Source: an uncultured Rikenellaceae bacterium (lineage in GTDB: Bacteria > Bacteroidota > Bacteroidia > Bacteroidales > VadinHA17). Taken from it: 55,481 nucleotides of DNA. The DNA is taken from positions 1-55,481 of the forward strand of contig CAZKTX010000001.1 in the NCBI GenBank assembly GCA_964555805.1, read 5' to 3'. The notes below the pieces were generated by a model. That model searched no databases. It had not been told where the DNA came from and was given only the letters and a program-made list of their open reading frames with translations. Below, piece after piece: positions 1-8,472 of this stretch (its first letter is position 1; every line of letters begins with the position of its first letter). A program made the translations under genes and the position numbers.

Positions 1-52
1 TTCCGCAATAAAAAGATCCTCCCGATCCGGTTATCAAATAGACTATCTTCAT
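1..52 (-). CDS. 5' end of an unidentified gene that runs off the left edge (MKIVYLITGSGGSFYCG...)
   Basis: ATG at 52..50 on the minus strand, open to position 1. Only 17 codons are visible, so no family call is possible. Confidence 0.3.
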   Translation of the reverse strand, partial: MKIVYLITGSGGSFYCG

Positions 53-148
53 GTAATTAAAATGTTTCTTCAGATCAATCAGATCCGGCATACCGGAACC
101 TGTTCAACATATAACTGAACAGAATGAATTATGTTCGATCAGATCCTG

Positions 149-1267
149 TTATCTGGTTCCAAAAGCAAGCAAACGCCCGTCCTCCGTCAGAACATAAAAC
201 CTGTCAGCTGTAACTGCAGGAGTGCTGCTGACAGGAGAACCAGCATTGAAGTTCCATATCTTTTTGCCGTCAGTCAAGCCGAGCAAATATACATTGCCAT
301 CGGCACTTCCGAAAAGCACTCTGGAGGGAGTTATTACAGCAGAACCGGTTATTCTTCCGTTTGTACGGAATTTCCAGTTAAGCTTCCCTGTAATTATATC
401 ATAACTGTAAAGGTACTTGTCCTCGTTGCCGATTATAACTGAATTCCTTCCGATTGCCGGTATTGCCACAACCGATCCGGTTGTTTCACCTGCAGGTACT
501 TCCCATGCCAATTTCCCTGTGAGCAGATCTACACAGAAGAAATTGCCGTCATAATCGCCGAAGCAGGCTTTACCTCCGGACAGGGCAGGAGAGGAAGCTA
601 TATAAGTTCCTATTTCAATCGTATCTTTTTCCCTACCTGAATAGGCGTCAACAATTCTGATAAACCCGTCGCAACCTCCGAACACTATATTATTGTTGCT
701 GACAGCCGGGGTTCCGTTTACATAATTCATTGTTTCGAGTTTCCACTGAAGCAACCCGTTCGAAGGGTCAACAGAATGAAGGAAATAATCATAACTCCCG
801 ATAACAATTCCGGATTTTTTTCCGGTTGACCAGGCATTTGCAGAACCTGCTATCTGGCCATCGGTCTTGTATTTCCAGGCCAGTTTTCCGCTGGTCTTAT
901 TTATTGCATGAAGGGTTCCGTCATTCAAACCAATAATGACCTTATCATCATAAACCATGGGAGGAGCTTCAGCCGGTGATCCGCCTTCATAACTCCATTT
1001 TTTCTTTCCGTCGGTTCCAACTGCAATCACTGTACCCTTATCGTTGCCAAAGAAAATCATTCCGCCGCTGACAACGGGCGATGATTTTGTCCGGCCCGTG
1101 GCCGGCAAGCTCCATAGCAGTGATGGTTTTGCAGAAACCTCAATAGTTGTATTTCCTGTAAGGTCGGGCTTGCCCCTGAACACTGTCCACTCCTGATCGG
1201 TAGTCTGTGTAAAGCCAGCCAGTGCGGACGAAAGAAAAAAAAGTAATATGAAGCAATGTTTTTTCAT
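149..1267 (-). CDS. Secreted PQQ-like (BamB-type) beta-propeller repeat protein, paralog 1
   Basis: The ORF track gives 149..1324. The likely start is the internal ATG at 1267 (MKKHCFILLFFLSSALAGFTQ signal peptide), which forms an ATGA overlap with the stop of the upstream gene at 1264. It has the W-x-x-FRG entry motif (EWTVFRGKPDLTGN) and repeated G-x-L-x-A/W...TGK..W blades. Confidence 0.8.
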   Translation of the reverse strand: MKKHCFILLFFLSSALAGFTQTTDQEWTVFRGKPDLTGNTTIEVSAKPSLLWSLPATGRTKSSPVVSGGMIFFGNDKGTVIAVGTDGKKKWSYEGGSPAEAPPMVYDDKVIIGLNDGTLHAINKTSGKLAWKYKTDGQIAGSANAWSTGKKSGIVIGSYDYFLHSVDPSNGLLQWKLETMNYVNGTPAVSNNNIVFGGCDGFIRIVDAYSGREKDTIEIGTYIASSPALSGGKACFGDYDGNFFCVDLLTGKLAWEVPAGETTGSVVAIPAIGRNSVIIGNEDKYLYSYDIITGKLNWKFRTNGRITGSAVITPSRVLFGSADGNVYLLGLTDGKKIWNFNAGSPVSSTPAVTADRFYVLTEDGRLLAFGTR

Positions 1268-2340
1268 GACTCCTTGTAATTGTCCATAAATGCCAGTGCT
1301 CCTGTCGGGCATACCTCCACGCACTTCTTAGCAACTGATGCCGGTATTTCAGCGTAATCAACAGTGAGTGGTTCCGAGATTATTGAAACGAATCCCCTGT
1401 TGATGAAGCAGAGAGCCGGTGCGTCAGTTGAATCTTCCACTGCCCTTACACAGAGTCCGCACTTTATACACTTGGCATTTTCAAAAATCAGGCCGGTTTT
1501 TTTGTTTATCTTTTTTGACACCGGGGCGCTGACAAATTTTCCCTTCGGGTCCTTAAGCGAAAACTTCTCCGCCAGGTCCCTTAACCTGCATCCGCCGGAA
1601 GCGCGGCAGTCGCAATGCATGCAGCTTACAGCCTCTTCTGAAGCATCTTTGAAATCCGTTATTTCCCTGTGTCTCCTGATATCCTGAGGACATTCCTTTA
1701 CCCATTCAAGCTGCTCCTTTTCGCTCAGCGAACCAATTCGGGACGAGAATCTTTTTTTGATATCACCTCCGGAAAAAAAAGGAGAAACCTCATACTTTGC
1801 GGTTTGTGGCAGATTTCTGCTTATAAAAATCCTGATGTTCCGGATTGAAACAGGGGTGTCAATCTTCTTTCTTCTGCAGGCATTCTCACAAAAAGCCTTG
1901 CATGTAATGCAATTCAGTTCGCCACCGTTCATTTCGGACCTGATGAGTTCAGCCGCTTCTGCATGTTCTCCAGCAATGAGGAGCCTGTTCATCAGGGGGA
2001 TGTTGTAACCCATGGGACAAACAATCCGGCATTGTGCCTCGCATTCAGCCCTGTGTTCTGAAAGCAGGAGGCTGACTGCCTTTTTCCTCAGGCTGATAAC
2101 CTCTTCTCCCGAGGCGTCAATATCCATTCCCTCCTGTGCGAGAGCGGAACATGAAGGTATGAAATTATTCTTCTTCCTGTCCCTTACAATGCAAACCATG
2201 CATGAAGAGTAGTGTTCCACACCGTCCCTGTGACATAGCGTAGGAATATCTGTTCCCGTAATGCGCGCCGCCTCCAGGATCGTCTGGCCTTCTGTTACCT
2301 CTACTTCCGTATCGTCAATTCTGATCTTCATCTTTTGCAT
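1264..2340 (-). CDS. Cytoplasmic Fe-S protein with an N-terminal plant-type 2Fe-2S domain (NuoG/HydA N-terminus-like) and C-terminal 4Fe-4S motifs; no catalytic domain
   Basis: The N-terminus KIRIDDTEVEVTEGQTILEAARITGTDIPTLCH...CMVC is typical of NuoG/HndD/HydA N-termini. The C-terminus has CIKCGLCVRAV...CVEVCPTGAL, and there is a central Cys cluster CMHCDCRASGGC. The gene overlaps both neighbours. Confidence 0.75.
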   Translation of the reverse strand: MQKMKIRIDDTEVEVTEGQTILEAARITGTDIPTLCHRDGVEHYSSCMVCIVRDRKKNNFIPSCSALAQEGMDIDASGEEVISLRKKAVSLLLSEHRAECEAQCRIVCPMGYNIPLMNRLLIAGEHAEAAELIRSEMNGGELNCITCKAFCENACRRKKIDTPVSIRNIRIFISRNLPQTAKYEVSPFFSGGDIKKRFSSRIGSLSEKEQLEWVKECPQDIRRHREITDFKDASEEAVSCMHCDCRASGGCRLRDLAEKFSLKDPKGKFVSAPVSKKINKKTGLIFENAKCIKCGLCVRAVEDSTDAPALCFINRGFVSIISEPLTVDYAEIPASVAKKCVEVCPTGALAFMDNYKES

Positions 2341-4750
2341 AAACTAGTTCAATTGCATATTCCGGACAAACAATCCTGCAGTTGTCGCATTTTGTACATA
2401 GTAACTGATCAATCTGATGTTTTTCGTATGGCCTGAACGGAATTGCGTCAACCGGACAATCCTGTGCACATTTAGTGCATCCCGTGCACTTGTCTGTAAT
2501 ATCATATTTTACAAGATCCCTGCATCTCTTTGAAGGGCATATTCCGCGGGTGTGGGCTTCGTATTCCTCCCTGAAATATCTCAGTCCGGTAATCACCGGA
2601 TTGGGGGCTGTTTTACCAAGTCCGCAGAGACTTCCTTTCTGTACATCGTAGCATAGCTTTTCAAGTTCGTCCAGCTCTGCTATCGTGGCTTTTCCCTGGG
2701 TGAGCCTTGTCAGAATCTCAAGCATCTGTTTTGTTCCCACCCGGCAGTAGGTGCATTTCCCGCACGACTGCTTGTGGGTGAATTCAAGGAAGTATCTTGC
2801 CATGTCGACCATGCAGTCGGTGTCGTCCAATACAACCATCCCGCCTGAACCCATCATGGCACCCAACCGTGTAAGCTCCTCATAATCCACAGGAGTATCT
2901 GCAAGACGTTCCGGTATGCATCCGCCTGAAGGTCCGCCGATCTGAACAGCCTTGAATGACCTGCCTTCAGCCACTCCGTGGCCGATTTTTTCAACGATTT
3001 CACGGATTGTCGTGCCCATAGGCACTTCAATGAGTCCTCCGCGGGCAACTTTCCCTGCAAGAGCAAACACTTTGGTTCCCTTGCTTTTTTCGGTTCCGAT
3101 ATTGCTGAAAGAACGGGAACCATTGTTTAAAATCCAGGGTACGAGTGAAAGAGTCTCCACATTGTTTACGAGTGTTGGTCGTCCATTGTAACCTCTGACG
3201 GCAGGATAGGGAGGCCTCAGGTGAGGTGTTCCGCGTTTTCCCTCAAGTGAGGCTATAAGTGCAGTCTCTTCACCGCAAACAAAAGCCCCGGCACCTTCAA
3301 ATACATCTATATCAAATGAAAAATCAGATCCAAATATTTTGTTCCCGACTATTCCTTTTTCCCTGCAAATTTTCAGAGCATTCCTAACTCTTGAAACAGC
3401 AAGAGGATATTCCGCCCTTATGTAGAAAATTCCACGGTCGGCCCCTGTGGCAAATCCGGCAATAAGCATTCCTTCAATTATCCTGAATGAAAAAGACTCA
3501 AGAATCATCCTGTCCATAAAAGCCCCCGGGTCACCTTCGTCACCATTGCAGACAACGTATTTGGGTTTCTCTTTAATCGCCGATGAGATCTCCCACTTCT
3601 TTCCGGTCAGAAATCCAGCTCCTCCGCGTCCTCTCAGGCCGCTTTCGGTAATAACCTGGATCACCTCCTTCGGATTATTTGCAAGCAGCACAGCCTTAAG
3701 GGCCCTGAATCCATCGAGAAGTTCATATTCATCGTATGAATCAGGTCTCATGACACCACCGTTGACAGTGGCAATATGGAATTGTTTACTAAGGAAATTA
3801 TTAAGAGTATTTTCCCTTGCGTCAGCAGGGATATTTACCGGACTGTAAACCATATCATCGGACAGGAAGGAATCAGCAAAATTATTTATCCTGAATCTAA
3901 GTTTCTTATCAAAGGACCTCGGCTTAACATGTTTCAGTATAATTTCTTCAACCTGATCTTTTCTGACATTCGTGTACCGGGAACTTCCCTTGCCGTCAGA
4001 AACGATTTCAAGCAGCGGGGTCTGGTTGCATACACCGACACACCCTACTGGTTTAACTTTAATATTAAGATCATAGTACTCTCGTATGTCGAGCAGTTTG
4101 CCAAGCACGTCCCTGCTGCCGCCTGCAACACAACATGATCCGAGTCCGATCCTTACTTCGGCATCATATTCCTCTTTGACAGACTCCTTTTTCTGAATAC
4201 TCTTTTTCCCGGCAGTATTGAGAAAATCCGTGACAATCTCAATCACCTCTGTAGGTTTCACATGTCCGTAAGTCTTTTCGTCTATCTGGACAACAGGGGC
4301 AAGTGTGCAGCATCCCAGGCAGGCAACTTCCTCAATCGAAAACAGATTGTCGGGGGAGCTGTTCCGGTCTTCAGTAATCTTGAGATCCCTTTTGAAAGCT
4401 TCTGATATAAGTTCCGACCCTTTAACATGGCATGCGGTTCCTGCACAGATTTTTATAGTGTGTTTCCCTGACGGGATATGCCTGAACTGGGAGTAGAATG
4501 TAGAGACCCCCGAAATTTGTCCGGGAGTGATATCGGTTACCTTGCAGATATACTTCAGAGCCTCCGAGGGAAGATAATTAAGCCTTTTCTGGACTTCCTG
4601 CAATACAAGTATCACTTTTTCCTTTCCTGTACCTGTTTCCTTTACAACGGAATCGACAACCGATGTGATTTCATCAACGGAAAGCGCGCCGGAATTGCAG
4701 TTGCAGGTTTCGGTATGTTTAGTTTCCTCTTTCAATTTTGTGAAATGCAA
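2315..4750 (-). CDS. NuoE-like :: thioredoxin-like 2Fe-2S :: NuoF-like (FMN/NADH) :: 2x[4Fe-4S] fusion protein (HndA/HndC or HydC/HydB-like diaphorase)
   Basis: NuoE motifs CAGTACHVKG and CLGCCTLAP. Second Trx-like 2Fe-2S domain: GSCCVAGGS and GCVGVCNQTP. NuoF motifs GRGGAGF, CNGDEGDPGAF and SCGKCTYCR. C-terminal CTGCTKCAQDCP and CTKCDNCRIVCP. The start is non-ATG: TTG at 4750, or TTG at 4735 overlapping the upstream stop. Confidence 0.85.
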   Translation of the reverse strand: MHFTKLKEETKHTETCNCNSGALSVDEITSVVDSVVKETGTGKEKVILVLQEVQKRLNYLPSEALKYICKVTDITPGQISGVSTFYSQFRHIPSGKHTIKICAGTACHVKGSELISEAFKRDLKITEDRNSSPDNLFSIEEVACLGCCTLAPVVQIDEKTYGHVKPTEVIEIVTDFLNTAGKKSIQKKESVKEEYDAEVRIGLGSCCVAGGSRDVLGKLLDIREYYDLNIKVKPVGCVGVCNQTPLLEIVSDGKGSSRYTNVRKDQVEEIILKHVKPRSFDKKLRFRINNFADSFLSDDMVYSPVNIPADARENTLNNFLSKQFHIATVNGGVMRPDSYDEYELLDGFRALKAVLLANNPKEVIQVITESGLRGRGGAGFLTGKKWEISSAIKEKPKYVVCNGDEGDPGAFMDRMILESFSFRIIEGMLIAGFATGADRGIFYIRAEYPLAVSRVRNALKICREKGIVGNKIFGSDFSFDIDVFEGAGAFVCGEETALIASLEGKRGTPHLRPPYPAVRGYNGRPTLVNNVETLSLVPWILNNGSRSFSNIGTEKSKGTKVFALAGKVARGGLIEVPMGTTIREIVEKIGHGVAEGRSFKAVQIGGPSGGCIPERLADTPVDYEELTRLGAMMGSGGMVVLDDTDCMVDMARYFLEFTHKQSCGKCTYCRVGTKQMLEILTRLTQGKATIAELDELEKLCYDVQKGSLCGLGKTAPNPVITGLRYFREEYEAHTRGICPSKRCRDLVKYDITDKCTGCTKCAQDCPVDAIPFRPYEKHQIDQLLCTKCDNCRIVCPEYAIELVYAKDEDQN

Positions 4751-6453
4751 AAAATGTTGTTTCTACTGCGTATATAAATACTCTTGTCGGAAAATGCCGG
4801 AGTGCAGTCTGTAGGTTCCCCAATGGGAGATTCAGCAATCAGATTGTACGCAGGTCCGGCATTAACTATATGCATCAAACCGCTGCGGTCGAGAATGTAA
4901 ACCTTTTCATCAGCAATTATGGGTGAAGCATAGAACTGATCCATGAAGTAATGAGTCCACAGAGTGTCTCCTTTAATTGCATCATAGCAGGCAACATCGC
5001 CCACGCCGGTCGCTATAAAAAGATACTGCTCGTTGGCAACAGGGCTCGAAACATCCGATGTGAACATATTGTCTTCCCAGACGATTGACGGACCCGGACC
5101 CGGTTTTAACGCTGCGAGTCTCGAATAATCAGTGACTGCATAAATATGTGTACTGTTAATTGCAAGCGAAGGGGCCACGTCGCCGGAAAGGACTTCAATG
5201 GCCCAGAGTTCTTTCCCTGTAGCCGGATCAAATGCAGCCACTTCCGGGTTGCCGTTTATAAGTACCTGGGGAGTGCCGTTAAATGTCGCAATCGATGGGG
5301 AAGCCCACGTCGATCTTCCTCTTCTGATAGTTTCCCATTTAAGGTCACCGCTGGAGGTATCAAAACCCATCATCGAGACTTTCTCATCCGAATCGAACTG
5401 TACTATAAGGATACCATCGTGCAAAATTACTGAGCAGGAATATCCGTATACATTTGCCGGGGTTCCAATGTTCTTTCCCCATTTAAGTTTACCATCCATG
5501 TCGAGGCAGACAAGATTGCCGTTTGCGAAAATAGCGCATACAGATTTCCCGTCAGTTGCCGCAGTCGGAGCTGCTATCCCTGTTTCGTTATCAGTCTCAG
5601 GGGTAACATCCGGCTGACCGGGAAGACCGGAGGCCGGAGCAGTCCATAGGATCTCCCCGGTGTTCTTGTCGAAGCAGTAAACTTCACAAACACTCCCCTC
5701 TGCACCGGTGAGAAACAGTCTGTCGCCCCATATAACAGGGGAACTTTTTCCGCTTTTTGGGACGCCCGATTTCCATTTTATGTTGGTTCCGCTTTCTGCG
5801 TTCCATTCAACCGGATAACCTGTACCGCCTGCAATTCCCCTTCCATCCTGACCACGGAAATGAGGAAAGTTGACAGGATCGGGGGAAAAGGCTGCGGCCG
5901 ATACTGATAGTGATGCGGCATCCTTATCTCTTTTCTTATCACTCTTTTCGGCTTTTGCGACCCTTTTCCCGGACAGATCAGGCAAATCCTTTCTCAGAAT
6001 GAAAGAAGAGATTATTGCAGCCACAGTCAGGACAGCCACAGTACCCGCAAGGTATTTTGCATAGCGGGCCTTATCCGTGACCTGATCAGATTTTTCTCCC
6101 GGAAGCGAAGGCAGGTTTTTCTCACTCCCGGCTATTAGCCTCTGGCACAGAACAAATATAACAGCACCGGCAATCAGCAGCCAGGAACCCGTTTCAACCT
6201 GCCTTCGGGATGAAAAATAGGCTTTTCGCGCCATCAGATCGAGCGCCCTGACCTGTTCAGCCTTAACGGCATTTTCATGATCCTTGTCAAATTCTTCCTT
6301 CACCGATACAATTGCGGGATTGTCAAGAGGATCGAGAGCCTTCAGCTGGACAATACTCAAAAGCATTGTAAGTGCCACGATGAGGGTAAAAATTCCTGCC
6401 CCGGTGCTAATCCCTCTGAGAATCTTCAGATCCTTTTCGTCAAGCTTTATCAT
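4732..6453 (-). CDS. Membrane-anchored (about 3 TM helices) PQQ-like beta-propeller protein, paralog 2
   Basis: Hydrophobic helices GAGIFTLIVALTMLLSIVQL, SWLLIAGAVIFVLCQRLIA and YLAGTVAVLTVAAIISSFIL, followed by a charged linker. Then the FPHFRGQDGRG entry motif and propeller blades. ATG at 6453. Confidence 0.8.
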   Translation of the reverse strand: MIKLDEKDLKILRGISTGAGIFTLIVALTMLLSIVQLKALDPLDNPAIVSVKEEFDKDHENAVKAEQVRALDLMARKAYFSSRRQVETGSWLLIAGAVIFVLCQRLIAGSEKNLPSLPGEKSDQVTDKARYAKYLAGTVAVLTVAAIISSFILRKDLPDLSGKRVAKAEKSDKKRDKDAASLSVSAAAFSPDPVNFPHFRGQDGRGIAGGTGYPVEWNAESGTNIKWKSGVPKSGKSSPVIWGDRLFLTGAEGSVCEVYCFDKNTGEILWTAPASGLPGQPDVTPETDNETGIAAPTAATDGKSVCAIFANGNLVCLDMDGKLKWGKNIGTPANVYGYSCSVILHDGILIVQFDSDEKVSMMGFDTSSGDLKWETIRRGRSTWASPSIATFNGTPQVLINGNPEVAAFDPATGKELWAIEVLSGDVAPSLAINSTHIYAVTDYSRLAALKPGPGPSIVWEDNMFTSDVSSPVANEQYLFIATGVGDVACYDAIKGDTLWTHYFMDQFYASPIIADEKVYILDRSGLMHIVNAGPAYNLIAESPIGEPTDCTPAFSDKSIYIRSRNNIFCISQN

Positions 6454-7729
6454 TACTAGTCTTATTTAAATGTACAGGGCAATACTGAAAGCATTTTCCA
6501 CAACTGTAGCATTTGCCCTTATGCGGAACATATCCTGTTCTTCTTGTGCGTGTTGACAGCGAGACAAGGCTGAGCCCGAACGATGTTCCGAGAAACAATC
6601 CCATCCAGATGGATCCTTTCCGGAACCGCTCATGGATTTTTGTTTCCTTTTCAAACAGTTCGGCTTCCGTTGTGCCTGCTTCCTTAAATCCCTGGGCTGC
6701 CAGCGAAACAGCCGGGATTCCATTCTCTGCTTCTGCTCTGATTTCCCTGGCCAGCCTTACATCACTGTTCAGTCCGGTGAGAACAGGGGAAAGAGTTCCG
6801 AAAATTATCGCACCTGCTGCTGCGAAGAACGGTACAAGCAGGATATATGTAAGAAATCTTTTTCTCTCCTTTTCGGGGTCTGCCACTGGGCGCACCACAT
6901 CCGAGGGAAGAATTGCATCGTACGGGCAGACATCCTCGCACAGCCTGCAATTAGTGCATTCGGCCGGTGTTATTGTCAGGTGCTTGTTTGAAAACCTTGA
7001 AAATATATTCAGAAGCACACCATAGGGACATAAATATCTGCAATATGGTCTGTTGATGAAAATCCCGGCAACAAGCAGCAAGGCTCCGAAGATCACCATA
7101 GTGTATGGTGCATCGAGCCTGAATATGCCTACAAACGGATCGTAACGGCATATAAGGAACTGGCTTTCAGTTGCGGCCGAAAGAACCGATATTCCAAGAT
7201 AAATGAAAGGAACCGATATCATCACCGACTCAACAACCTTAGGCAGTTTGACTGTTCTGAAACCAACAAGCTCCTGAATGGCTCCGAGAGGGCAGACTCC
7301 CGCACAGAATACCCGGCCGAACAAGAGGGCAAAGAGCAGAGGTATCATGAAGAAAAGGAGAGCCGTAAGAGGGATTGAGTATCCTGAGTTGAAAAGGGCA
7401 AGGGCAACATTCTGAACCGATCCGACGGAACATATGCATCCTTCCCTGAAGAATCCGAAATAGGCGAGAGAAAATACCGAGAGCCAGAGGAGTCCCTGAC
7501 GTGACCTGACTTTTAGAGCAAGCCATGCTGCAACGGATAGAGCAACGATAAGCACTGCGAGATCGATATATTCCCAAACAGGAGCTCTGTCAGCGGGTAC
7601 CTGATGCTCGGGATAGACATACCCGGATGTAAACTCCGGCCTTGGAAATCTTTCCTGTGCAAAAAGCACCGCATGCCAGGCAAGCATGAGGAACAACAGG
7701 ATATATGGCAATTTCTTTTTCACCTTCAC
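6440..7729 (-). CDS. Polytopic membrane Fe-S protein of the NapH/NosR/MauN/CcoG type
   Basis: About 8 hydrophobic segments. Membrane-proximal Cys motifs CAGVCPLGAIQE and CRYLCPYGVLL, plus two classical ferredoxin motifs CTNCRLCEDVCP and CYSCGKCFQYCP. GTG start at 7729 directly abuts the upstream TAG stop. Confidence 0.7.
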   Translation of the reverse strand: MKVKKKLPYILLFLMLAWHAVLFAQERFPRPEFTSGYVYPEHQVPADRAPVWEYIDLAVLIVALSVAAWLALKVRSRQGLLWLSVFSLAYFGFFREGCICSVGSVQNVALALFNSGYSIPLTALLFFMIPLLFALLFGRVFCAGVCPLGAIQELVGFRTVKLPKVVESVMISVPFIYLGISVLSAATESQFLICRYDPFVGIFRLDAPYTMVIFGALLLVAGIFINRPYCRYLCPYGVLLNIFSRFSNKHLTITPAECTNCRLCEDVCPYDAILPSDVVRPVADPEKERKRFLTYILLVPFFAAAGAIIFGTLSPVLTGLNSDVRLAREIRAEAENGIPAVSLAAQGFKEAGTTEAELFEKETKIHERFRKGSIWMGLFLGTSFGLSLVSLSTRTRRTGYVPHKGKCYSCGKCFQYCPVHLNKTSNDKA

Positions 7730-8293
7730 CTAGATCTTTTCTTTTGGAATATACTGAACCTTGTCTGAAATCCTCGAAATGGCATCCGACGGACAACTCC
7801 TTGCAATAGCACATTCGTTGCAATTCACGCAGAGATCCTGATTGATCTGCAGGTACAGGGAACCGTTACCGAAATCCTTGCATCCCTTGACACATTTTCC
7901 GCAAGCGTCGCAAAGTGCTTCATTAATTGTATACTGGAAATAGGGTTCCTCTACGAATTTCCTGTTTATTGCAGCTGTAGGGCAGAGCTGGTTCTCCGCC
8001 CCGGTGCTTATTGTTTTTGTCCCCTGCCTTAGGTAGCCTCCGCAAAGGTCGCAATAGCCGCACATCTGAAAATTGTGCATGCATTTGACAGCAGAAGGGG
8101 TAAGTACACAGTAAGTCTTGCACTGCCCGCATGTGTTGCATTTGTACGGATCTATCTGCCAGACAGTTCCGGCGGTTGTAATCTTGGTCGACAGCACTAC
8201 AGGCAAACCTATAACCGGCACTGCTACAAGGATTTTTCCTGCTTTACGGACAAAATCCCTTCGTGATTGGTACAAATTCCTGTCTTTATTCAT
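7730..8293 (-). CDS. Tat-exported poly-ferredoxin (NapG-like, about four 4Fe-4S motifs)
   Basis: Twin-arginine signal SRRDFVRKAGKILVAVPV. Cluster motifs CNTCGQCKTYC, CGYCDLCGG, CDACGKCVKGC and CVNCNECAIARSCP. ATGA overlap with the upstream small ORF. Confidence 0.75.
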   Translation of the reverse strand: MNKDRNLYQSRRDFVRKAGKILVAVPVIGLPVVLSTKITTAGTVWQIDPYKCNTCGQCKTYCVLTPSAVKCMHNFQMCGYCDLCGGYLRQGTKTISTGAENQLCPTAAINRKFVEEPYFQYTINEALCDACGKCVKGCKDFGNGSLYLQINQDLCVNCNECAIARSCPSDAISRISDKVQYIPKEKI

Positions 8294-8472
8294 CTTTGTG
8301 AGTATTTACCGCAGTCGTTGTCGTCGGAGCAGAGTCCTTTTCCCGCACAGGTTGAGCAGTCTTTCCCGCTTACAGTCCGTGATCCGAGTGCAAGGGCAAG
8401 AAAAGCAAGAAAAGCAAGCAAAAGATTCCTTGCAAGTTTCCTTAGAAACTCAGGTCTTGTCAACTTATTCAT
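8290..8472 (-). CDS. 60-aa signal-anchored Cys-rich peptide (CxxC-x5-C-x5-C), unknown function
   Basis: MNKLTRPEFLRKLARNLLLAFLAFLALALGSRTVSGKDCSTCAGKGLCSDDNDCGKYSQR. ATGA overlaps at both ends (8469/8472 and 8290/8293) argue for a translated, coupled gene. TRPEFLRK resembles a degenerate Tat motif. Confidence 0.5.
   Translation of the reverse strand: MNKLTRPEFLRKLARNLLLAFLAFLALALGSRTVSGKDCSTCAGKGLCSDDNDCGKYSQR

Noticed and set aside
6513-7025. 170-aa and 119-aa plus-strand ORFs inside the NapH-like gene, and the similar 167-aa ORF at 20038-20541 and 157-aa ORF at 45579-46052
   Set aside because: All are antisense to well-supported CDSs (NapH-like, radical SAM, sucD) and none has recognisable domains.
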